Shown here piece after piece: positions 6,223 through 13,003 of a stretch of 16,000 nt of DNA. The stretch is from Poriferisphaera corsica. GTDB taxonomy: Bacteria > Planctomycetota > Phycisphaerae > Phycisphaerales > Phycisphaeraceae. The notes below the pieces were generated by a model, which saw nothing but the letters and a program-made list of their open reading frames with translations, was not told where the DNA came from and did no database searches. A program made the position numbers and the translations under genes. Position 1 is the first letter of the stretch; every line of letters starts with the position of its first letter. The stretch lies in the NCBI RefSeq assembly GCF_007747445.1, contig NZ_CP036425.1, positions 1,084,175-1,100,174 of the forward strand. The letters are read 5' to 3'.

Positions 6223-7137
6223 TTACCAGGTATAATGATCGATTCCGAAGACGAGAGCGCTGCCGAAGAAACCAACGCAGCAGATTAATGGAGCGATGAT
6301 GAAGAGTATGATACGTAGAGGAAGTCGAGAGCGAGATTCAGGTTTTACGGAGTGATATTCGAGAGAAATGAGTGCGAGGAAGGCGAGTATGGTGGTGGCG
6401 ATGCCGAGGAAGCGGTGGGTGTTGAGGATCCATTGTTTGTGGGGTGCGAGTATGAGGTAGGCGGCGTCGAAGAGACCGAGCGCGGTGGCGAGTAAGGCGG
6501 CGAAGGCGCCGAGCCAAAGGGTGAAGCGTGTGATGGATTTGAGTGAGTGTTGTTGGGTGGTGATGAGGAGGAATTCGGAAAGGGCGGCCACAAGAAGGAG
6601 TGAGATGGGGAAGTGTGAGGATGCGGGATGAAACTGGCCGAGGAACTGAATGATTTTGCGTGAAGCCGAGATGCGGGGTTGATCGATGGTGACGGTGCGT
6701 TCTGTGAGGGGGATGTCGTGGATGATGACGGTGGATTGATCGCGGGTGGCGGCGCCTGACTCGATCCACCATTTCACGGTTTCTTTTTGTTTCTCAGAGA
6801 GTGGGGGGATGTCGGAGTCAGGTGGCGGCATTTCGTCGGATTCGATGACTTCCCAGATGTAGGATTGATCGGGTTTTGTGGGGACGATGTAGTTGGGATC
6901 GGCGGCGAGCTGTTTGAGGTTGAGTATGAAGTCGAAGCCGCCTTCGGGGTCGTCGAGATCGGGGCCATGGCATTGTGCACAATGGTTGAGGAAGATGATG
7001 TGGACTTGTTCGGAGAGAATGAGTGAACGTTTGTGTTCGGTGTCATTGGTGTTGGAGGTTGGGGAGGTTTGCGCGTAAAGCAAAGCTGCGGTCATCAAAA
7101 GCATGAGCAGTGGTGGGAAGAGGTATTTCATGTGCAT
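6223..7137 (-). CDS. Secreted/membrane protein: N-terminal PSCyt1 (planctomycete cytochrome c, CxxCH) domain fused to a 4-TM DUF2231-like domain
   Basis: Signal peptide MKYLFPPLLMLLMTAALLYAQ. Heme-c motif CAQCH (nt 6967..6981, verified), followed by GPD..PEGGFDF, ..MPPP.. and ..WWIESGA as in PSCyt1. The C-terminal half has FHPASSHFPISLLL plus three further TM helices. The start may be the second ATG (7131), which has AGGA 7 nt upstream. Confidence 0.8.
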   Translation of the reverse strand: MHMKYLFPPLLMLLMTAALLYAQTSPTSNTNDTEHKRSLILSEQVHIIFLNHCAQCHGPDLDDPEGGFDFILNLKQLAADPNYIVPTKPDQSYIWEVIESDEMPPPDSDIPPLSEKQKETVKWWIESGAATRDQSTVIIHDIPLTERTVTIDQPRISASRKIIQFLGQFHPASSHFPISLLLVAALSEFLLITTQQHSLKSITRFTLWLGAFAALLATALGLFDAAYLILAPHKQWILNTHRFLGIATTILAFLALISLEYHSVKPESRSRLPLRIILFIIAPLICCVGFFGSALVFGIDHYTW

Positions 7138-7186
7138 GTCCTGATTTTTAGGGTTTTGTGAGATCAGGATTGGGAATCGCTACCTA

Positions 7187-7654
7187 CTAGTCTTTGAATT
7201 TTTTGTGGCTGGCTCGTTGGGTTTGCTTGACTTCGGAAAGGAATTGCGCGGCTTGCTTTTTGTTGCCGAGAAGGAGTGCGTTTTCGGCTTGAGCGAGGTT
7301 GATGATGACGTCGTTCATTTGGATGCGATACTCGGCGATGAGTTTGGGTTGCTCGGCGGGGGAGGCGTCTTCGATGATGTGGACGACGTGGGCTTGGTCT
7401 TTGGCGGTGAGTATGTGCTTGAGCATTTCAGCGGTGATATCGGCGGCTTGCTGTTCTTGGCCGTCTGCGCGAAGGGTTTTGTTCAGGTCACGGAAAAGGT
7501 CTTTGAGTTCTTCCATGGCGTGTTCGAGTGCTTCATCTTTATCGGCGGGTTCGGCGCGATCGTTGGCTGAGGAGGTCAGTGACCAAAAGCCAAGTGAGAG
7601 GGTGGCGAGTAGGATGAAAAGAGGAAGGCGGCGGCGCATTGTGGGCGTCGACAT
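7187..7654 (-). CDS. Periplasmic cytochrome b562-family four-helix-bundle protein
   Basis: 155 aa with a signal peptide (RRRLPLFILLATLSLGFWSLTSSA). The mature part aligns by eye with E. coli cytochrome b562 (recalled from memory). LEHAMEELKD matches LEDNMETLND, which carries the axial Met. QAAQFLSEVKQTQRASHKKFK matches QAAAEQLKTTRNAYHKKYR, which carries the axial His. GGAG lies 7 nt upstream of the ATG. Confidence 0.75.
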   Translation of the reverse strand: MSTPTMRRRLPLFILLATLSLGFWSLTSSANDRAEPADKDEALEHAMEELKDLFRDLNKTLRADGQEQQAADITAEMLKHILTAKDQAHVVHIIEDASPAEQPKLIAEYRIQMNDVIINLAQAENALLLGNKKQAAQFLSEVKQTQRASHKKFKD

Positions 7655-7882
7655 GGTGAATCTCCGTTATGAAAAGAATTTTCTCGTGTTTCCGCTGGTT
7701 ATGGTGATGGTTTATTAGGGACGCGTCAATAGTAATTTTGATGTGGTGCGATGGATATAAGGAGTAGAAGTGGGGATTGATCTTGCAGGTACAGGGGAAG
7801 TTGGTTGGCGGGGCACTCCATGAACTGCGGTCATCGGCTTGATGGGTGGAGCCCGTTATATCGTTTGGGAAGGGATGGTATG

Positions 7883-7911
7883 AAAAAAAGATGCAATGGT
7901 GTGATTGCATC
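7883..7911 (-). terminator. Rho-independent terminator of the Gfo/Idh/MocA gene
   Basis: A7 (7883-7889), 8-bp stem gatgcaat/attgcatc (7890-7897 / 7904-7911), 6-nt loop. On the minus strand this is hairpin plus T7, 35 nt after the TAA at 7946-7948. Confidence 0.75.
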
Positions 7912-7945
7912 CTTTGGGATTTGTTGGTTTTTTTAGGGGGGGAGG

Positions 7946-9022
7946 TTATTTGATTTTGACTTCTTTGCCGCCTTGGTCGGCGGATTTGTAGATGGCGTCG
8001 AGCATTTGCTGAACCATGAGGCCGTCTTCGATGGGTGCGATGGGCTTGGAGCCGTAGAGGATGTGGTCGATGAAGTTTCTAATCTTAAGATAGAAATTTT
8101 CAGCGAAGTCGGGTTGAGGGAGGTGGTGGGGTTTGGTGTCGACCATGTAGCCGTTTTCATCTTTAAAGATGCGTGAGTCATCCCAGGTTGCGCCGCCTTT
8201 GGTGCCCATGAGTTGGAAGTCGATTTTATTTTCTGGGATATGTGCGGCGAAGGATGATTCGACTTGGATGACGGCACCGTTGTCGAATCGGATGTGGCCG
8301 ACGGCGAGATCTTCGACGTCGTAGGTTTTGTAGTCCCAACCCTTCCAGATGGATTCGACTTGGTCGGAAGGTTTGTTGCCGAGGTAAGTCCATGTCATGC
8401 CTGATGCGGCGACGGGCTTGGGTGAACCCATGGCGTAGTGGCACATTTCGAGGGAGTGGACGCCGATGTCGATCATGGGACCGCCGCCTTGCAGGGCTTT
8501 TTGGCCGAAGACTCCCCAATTGGGGATGCCGCGGCGTCGTAGCGCGTGGACTTTGCCGTAGAGGACGTCGCCGATAACGCCTGAGTCGACTTGTTTTTTG
8601 ATGAATTGGGTGCGTGGGTCGAAACGCCATTGGTATGCGACGATGATTTTTTTGCGAGCTTTTTTAGCGGCATCGATCATGCGCTTGCCTTCACGAGCGT
8701 TCATCGCCATGGGTTTTTCGACCATGACGTGTGCGCCAGCGTTTGATGCGGCGATGGAGGCAGGAGCGTGGAGGCTGTTGGGTGTGCAGACGAAGACAAC
8801 GTCGGGTTTGGTTTCCCTGAGCATCTGTTTGTAATTGGTGTAGAGGATGTCGTGGGGCAGGTCATGCTTTTCGGCGCGGGCGAGCATGGTGTCCATGTTG
8901 ATGTCGGCGAGCGCGGCGACTTCGATTTCATCGATGCGTTTGAAGCAATCGTGATAGATGTCGGTGATGCCGCCTGAACCGATGAAGGCGGCTTTTAGTT
9001 TTTTAGTTTGTTTCGCACCCAT
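7946..9022 (-). CDS. Gfo/Idh/MocA family NAD(P)-dependent oxidoreductase
   Basis: 358 aa. N-terminal Rossmann motif KAAFIGSGGI, then VCTPNSLHA and the EKPMA motif typical of the family, followed by a C-terminal alpha/beta domain. GGAG lies 5 nt upstream of the ATG. No signal peptide. Confidence 0.9.
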   Translation of the reverse strand: MGAKQTKKLKAAFIGSGGITDIYHDCFKRIDEIEVAALADINMDTMLARAEKHDLPHDILYTNYKQMLRETKPDVVFVCTPNSLHAPASIAASNAGAHVMVEKPMAMNAREGKRMIDAAKKARKKIIVAYQWRFDPRTQFIKKQVDSGVIGDVLYGKVHALRRRGIPNWGVFGQKALQGGGPMIDIGVHSLEMCHYAMGSPKPVAASGMTWTYLGNKPSDQVESIWKGWDYKTYDVEDLAVGHIRFDNGAVIQVESSFAAHIPENKIDFQLMGTKGGATWDDSRIFKDENGYMVDTKPHHLPQPDFAENFYLKIRNFIDHILYGSKPIAPIEDGLMVQQMLDAIYKSADQGGKEVKIK

Positions 9023-9281
9023 GGTTACTCCATTGCAGCGTTTACGAGGTGAGGATGATCGGGTGTGATCGTTGTTTGGTCTTTGAACGTTGATCGCGCA
9101 TTATCGCGGATGGGATGTGGGACGCAATGCGAAATTGAAGAATGTCATAAAAAGAATGTGTGGAGGTGTGGATCGGGAGAAAAATGTATGAATGGGAGAG
9201 AATAGGGTGCAAGGACATGTATGGGGGCAGTATGATGTGATCGGATGATTTGTGAACGATCGAGGGCAGGCATTGAACGAT

Positions 9282-10334
9282 ATGAGTGAAACACAAAGAC
9301 AGGATGTGGCTGATGGTCAGGGCGCTGGCGGGGGTGTTGGGGGTGAGCAGGAGCCGGTGCATCCGTTGGCGGCGCTGCGGGCAGATTTGGCAGAGTTTGG
9401 GACGATTGAATGGCAGAAGAAAGATGAGCGGACGCTGTTAGAGCGTTATATGCCGTTCATTTTGTCGATGGGTATACATGTGGGTTTGGTTGTGGGTGCG
9501 ATCTTTGCGGTATGGACAACGATTGTGGTGGTGGCGGATCATGAGACGGTGGTGCCGAATATTGAGTTGGGACAGAGGCCGGGGGCGCCTTTGAAGCAGT
9601 CGAAGGCGAAGTCGGTTGAGTCTCAATCTTTGACGAGTAAGCGAACGATTACGGAGGTGGAAACGTCGCAGTCGACGTTGTCGCCGCAGCCGATTACGAA
9701 TTTACCTTTGGTGGGTATGGCGGGTGGGATGTCGAAGATGAATCCGTTTGCGGCGGATGTGGGTGGTGGTGCTGAATTTCGCGCGTCGTTTTTTGGGTCA
9801 GCGGGTAATGCGCGAACGGTTGTGTTTGTGGTTGATGCATCGGGATCGTTGATTGACACGTTGCCTACGGTGTTGAGGGAATTGCAAAAATCGATTCGCA
9901 AGTTATCTGATCGTCAGAATTTCACGGTGATTTTTTTTCAGGGCAAGCGGGCGTTTGAGGTGCCGCCTCGTGGTTTGAAGCAGGGGACGGCGGCGTTGAA
10001 GCAGCAAGTGATTGAATGGATAGATCCGGCGGCTCATCAAGTTGAACCGGGCGAGCAGACGAATCCGTTGCGGGCATTGGGGATGGCGCTTGGGTATAAG
10101 CCGGACTTGGTGTTTTTGCTGTCGGATAATATTACGGGGCAGGGGGTTTATGAGGTGGATCAGAAGCGATTGATCAATGAGATTGCGCGATCGAATCATC
10201 GTGGTACACGGATCAATACGATTCAGTTTTTGTATGCGGATCCATTAGAGGGCGAGGGGAGGCCGGGGACGATGCGGTTGATTGCGGAACAAACGGGTGG
10301 GCTATTTAAATTTGTGGAAGAAGGAGATCTTTAG
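9282..10334 (+). CDS. Single-pass membrane protein: cytoplasmic N-terminus, TonB/TolA-like TM anchor (SxxxH), Ser/Thr/Gln-rich linker, C-terminal von Willebrand factor A domain with a complete MIDAS motif
   Basis: vWA signature VVFVVDASGSL (DxSxS at nt 9834..9848, verified), with downstream Thr (EQTNPLRAL) and Asp (FLLSDN). TM helix YMPFILSMGIHVGLVVGAIFAVWTTIVVV. The start is ambiguous: ATG at 9282 (chosen) or in-frame GTG at 9252 (track). Neither has a clear SD. Confidence 0.85.
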   Translation: MSETQRQDVADGQGAGGGVGGEQEPVHPLAALRADLAEFGTIEWQKKDERTLLERYMPFILSMGIHVGLVVGAIFAVWTTIVVVADHETVVPNIELGQRPGAPLKQSKAKSVESQSLTSKRTITEVETSQSTLSPQPITNLPLVGMAGGMSKMNPFAADVGGGAEFRASFFGSAGNARTVVFVVDASGSLIDTLPTVLRELQKSIRKLSDRQNFTVIFFQGKRAFEVPPRGLKQGTAALKQQVIEWIDPAAHQVEPGEQTNPLRALGMALGYKPDLVFLLSDNITGQGVYEVDQKRLINEIARSNHRGTRINTIQFLYADPLEGEGRPGTMRLIAEQTGGLFKFVEEGDL

Positions 10335-10468
10335 TCCGTCTTATAGGGTAGAGGGGCGTAGGGGGCGGTGCGCGGGTGTGAGGGAGTCTGTATTGAAGGA
10401 TTGCTGCAAGATCTTGGGTTAGGGGAACTTGCGACAATCTATTGGTTGATGAAAAGGGTTTGAGAACC

Positions 10469-10497
10469 TTGGAATCTGGGCGCAAAAGAATTACAAT
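10469..10497 (+). promoter_or_regulatory. Candidate sigma70-like promoter for the exbB-exbD-exbD-repeat-protein operon
   Basis: TTGGAA (10469-10474), exactly 17 nt of spacer, then TACAAT (10492-10497), about 185 nt upstream of the exbB ATG. This is pattern match only; promoter consensus in this lineage is not established. Confidence 0.3.
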
Positions 10498-10681
10498 GAA
10501 AACCACGATCAAGGGAATTCAGGGTTAACTTGATGGGTATGAATCGGGGGAATGTTTGTTTGGGCTGGTCGATCGTTGATCAATGAAGATGATGCTGATG
10601 TTATGAGCTGCTGAGTTGTGAGATGAGGCGGCGAAGCGGGGGGATGTAGCAGAGGCAGTAGATAGAACAGAGGATGTACGT

Positions 10682-11848
10682 ATGCGGCGAATGGTCGTCA
10701 TCGTGACGGGAATATTGATGCTGATGTTGCCTATGAATGTGGCGTTTGCGCAGTCAGATGGCTCGGAGGTTTCTTGGTTTCGTCAGTTTATGTGGGCGGG
10801 AGATTTTTTGGGTTTGGTGATCATATGGACATTGCTAGCGATGTCTGCATTCTCGATTGGATTTTCTGTGAATCTGATGCTGGGTTATCGTCGTAAGAAG
10901 ATGATGCCAGAAGAGACGCTGAAGAAGATTGAGGTGCAGTTGGGTAATCGGCAATACCGCGAAGCGATTACTGAGGCGGATAATAATCCATCGTATTTGT
11001 GTAAGATCATTGGGGCGGCATTGCATGAAGCACCGAATGGTTTTGTGTCGATGGAGCGAGCGATTGAAGAGACGTCGGATAACGAGACGGTTAGGATACT
11101 GAGGCCGTTGGAGTACTTGAATGTGTTGGGGAATATTGCACCGATGGTCGGTTTGTTCGGGACGGTGTACGGGATGATTCGGGCGTTTCAGGAGTTGGTT
11201 GCTGCGGGAGGCAATGCAGAGCCGGGCAAGTTGGCGGCGGGTATTTCGACGGCATTGATAACGACGTTTTGGGGTTTGGTTGTTGCGGTTCCGGCGTTGA
11301 CGGCCTATGCACTGATTAGGAACAAGGTTGATGCGTATGCATCGGAGGCAGTGTTGGTCGCAGAGAGTCTAATAGCGCCGTTTAAGCCGACACAGGTGGC
11401 GATTCAGCAGGCGCGTATGCAACAAGCACAATTGCAGGCACAGATTCAGGCTCAGGCTCAGGCTCAGGTCTTAGCTAGAAATCAGGGGTCGGGGATGGGA
11501 CCATCACCGGTTCAGCAGGCGGGTGCGGTGCAACAGGAACAGGGACAAGGCCAGCAAGTTCAGTCGCAACAGCCCGTACCGCAGAATGTGCAGCAAGCTC
11601 CGGTGGTGGAGGATGTGCAACCGGTGAACGATGGGTCGCAGGGTGAGGTGATGGCAGAGGTGGAAGCGGAGCCGGCGCAAGGGCAGCCGAATGTGGATAC
11701 TGATCGTGCTCAGGCTGGATCGGGTGCGGGGTATTCGTTAGCGGATGCGGTGAATGATCAACCTTCGACTGAGCATCGAAAAATGAGTTCGCCGTTGTTG
11801 TCGGCGGCGGCGTCGCAGCAGCAGAAGATACAGGAACGTAAGCAGTAA
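10682..11848 (+). CDS. exbB: MotA/TolQ/ExbB-family proton channel protein with N-terminal signal-like segment and a ~150-aa low-complexity Gln/Ala-rich C-terminal extension
   Basis: Family motifs LGNIAPMVGLFGTVYGMIRAF and LAAGISTALITTFWGLVVAVPALTAYA. N-terminus MRRMVVIVTGILMLMLPMNVAFA-QS. The core ends near residue 235 and the rest is a QQARMQQAQLQAQIQAQAQAQ... tail. Followed by two exbD genes. Confidence 0.9.
   Translation: MRRMVVIVTGILMLMLPMNVAFAQSDGSEVSWFRQFMWAGDFLGLVIIWTLLAMSAFSIGFSVNLMLGYRRKKMMPEETLKKIEVQLGNRQYREAITEADNNPSYLCKIIGAALHEAPNGFVSMERAIEETSDNETVRILRPLEYLNVLGNIAPMVGLFGTVYGMIRAFQELVAAGGNAEPGKLAAGISTALITTFWGLVVAVPALTAYALIRNKVDAYASEAVLVAESLIAPFKPTQVAIQQARMQQAQLQAQIQAQAQAQVLARNQGSGMGPSPVQQAGAVQQEQGQGQQVQSQQPVPQNVQQAPVVEDVQPVNDGSQGEVMAEVEAEPAQGQPNVDTDRAQAGSGAGYSLADAVNDQPSTEHRKMSSPLLSAAASQQQKIQERKQ
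11447..11470 (+). repeat. In-frame hexanucleotide tandem repeat (CAGGCT)3 plus CAGGTC, encoding QAQAQAQV in the ExbB tail
   Basis: Perfect units at 11447-11452, 11453-11458 and 11459-11464. The repeat is codon-aligned: (11447-10682) is divisible by 3. Confidence 0.7.
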
Positions 11849-11877
11849 TTGGCTTGATTGTTTTTACTGTGTGCTAG

Positions 11878-12387
11878 ATGGGGTTTGAAGAGTTCTGTAT
11901 GAGATCATTTGTTCACAAAACTGGCCCGGCAACGCCGAGCATGAATTTGACGCCGCTGATTGACATCGTCTTTTTGCTGGTGGTTTTTTTTATGTTGGCG
12001 TCGACGATGGTGACGAAGCAATCAGTAAAAATGATTGTTCCAGATTTAGAGCAGCCTGAGACGCGAGAGATGCCGGAGAAGGATCGGATTGTTGTCAATA
12101 TCGCCCCGAAGACAGGTGATCGAGACAAGCGTGCTCCGTTGGATTATGACGGCAAGCCAGAATTTGTGCAGATTGGGGCTTACGGGACATTTAAGATTGA
12201 TGATCATGAGAAGATTGTTGAGGCGATTAAGTTGATGGCGGATCGTAATCCATCGGCGGAGGTTTATTTGCGTGCGGATGCTGCGATATTTTATGAGCAG
12301 ATCGAACCGATCATGGATGATATTACGAAGAGTGGCATTGCGAGGGTGAACCTCGTGGCGTACTTGCCAGAAGAAGCGGCTAACTGA
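11878..12387 (+). CDS. exbD: ExbD/TolR-family biopolymer transport protein (paralogue 1)
   Basis: Signature MNLTPLIDIVFLLVVFFML TM segment followed by a periplasmic domain (VYLRADAAIFYEQIEPIMDDITKSGIARVNLV). It begins 30 nt after the exbB stop. Alternative ATG at 11899. Confidence 0.85.
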   Translation: MGFEEFCMRSFVHKTGPATPSMNLTPLIDIVFLLVVFFMLASTMVTKQSVKMIVPDLEQPETREMPEKDRIVVNIAPKTGDRDKRAPLDYDGKPEFVQIGAYGTFKIDDHEKIVEAIKLMADRNPSAEVYLRADAAIFYEQIEPIMDDITKSGIARVNLVAYLPEEAAN

Positions 12388-12445
12388 TTGATAGAGGCGT
12401 GCTGACTTGAGTACGGATGAAGGACAACAAAATTCAGAGCAGTTT

Positions 12446-12958
12446 ATGGCGCAAGGCTGTGCTGTGGATGACGAATATGTGCCTGTGCGGAAACGGCGGT
12501 TGCTGCCTCCTGCGAAGATGCAGTTGCAGATTACCTCTTTGATTGATGTGATTTTTCAGTTGCTGATTTACTTTATCGTGACAGCATCTTTTGTGATGGG
12601 TGAGGGAGCGTTGCCGGCGAATTTGCCGCATGGTGGGGATCAGGCAACATCGGAAGCGGCACACCCGGAGCAGCCTTTGAATATTGTGTTGACGCCGGTG
12701 GGGAATTCATCTGTGCGTATTGAAGTGGAAGGTTTTCGTAAGCCAACAGAATCGTTTGTGCAGTTGCAGAGTTACTTGACGATGTTGCAGTACAACCCGA
12801 AGAAAAAACGATCGGGTTTTTACAAGCCCAGTAATCCTGTCATCATCAAGCCAGTGGGACAGGTCAGGTGGCAGCATGTGTTGAATGCATTTAATTCAGC
12901 TGTTTCGATTGGTTATGAGAATGTATCGTTTGCGAGAGTCGAGAGATTTGTTGAGTAG
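12446..12958 (+). CDS. exbD: ExbD/TolR-family biopolymer transport protein (paralogue 2, divergent)
   Basis: MQLQITSLIDVIFQLLIYFIVTASF TM segment plus a C-terminal domain (VIIKPVGQVRWQHVLNAFNSAVSIGYENVSF). Start is either the ATG at 12446 (chosen) or the TTG at 12407 (track), which has GAGG 9 nt upstream. Confidence 0.8.
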   Translation: MAQGCAVDDEYVPVRKRRLLPPAKMQLQITSLIDVIFQLLIYFIVTASFVMGEGALPANLPHGGDQATSEAAHPEQPLNIVLTPVGNSSVRIEVEGFRKPTESFVQLQSYLTMLQYNPKKKRSGFYKPSNPVIIKPVGQVRWQHVLNAFNSAVSIGYENVSFARVERFVE

Positions 12959-13003
12959 TTTGGGGTGGATGTTAATGGTTAGTAAATATGGGATTTTCGA
13001 TCT

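Noticed and set aside
7139-7167. Hairpin cctgat-N17-atcagg between the b562-like and PSCyt1 genes. On the mRNA it would include the AGGA of the downstream RBS.
   Set aside because: It has only a 6-bp stem with a 17-nt loop and is thermodynamically marginal. It could easily arise by chance.
6338-8931. Nested or antisense ORFs in the cytochrome and oxidoreductase genes, e.g. 6338..6772, 6774..7046, 7205..7570 (+), 7299..7718 (+), 7539..7910, 7933..8277, 8226..8630, 8701..8931.
   Set aside because: Same reasoning as above: Pro/His/Arg/Ser-rich nonsense-like products that overlap well-supported CDSs or terminators. They have no start context and no motifs.
10682-12958. Interpretation of the ExbB-like/ExbD/ExbD genes as a Zorya-type defence system (ZorA/ZorB) or a flagellar MotA/MotB stator.
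   Set aside because: The partner proteins have the ExbD/TolR architecture (TM segment of the 'TPLIDV' type plus a small periplasmic domain). They have no OmpA/MotB-like peptidoglycan-binding domain. The ExbB tail is low-complexity Gln-rich rather than a long coiled coil. No ZorC/ZorD-like nuclease or helicase genes, or flagellar genes, are present.
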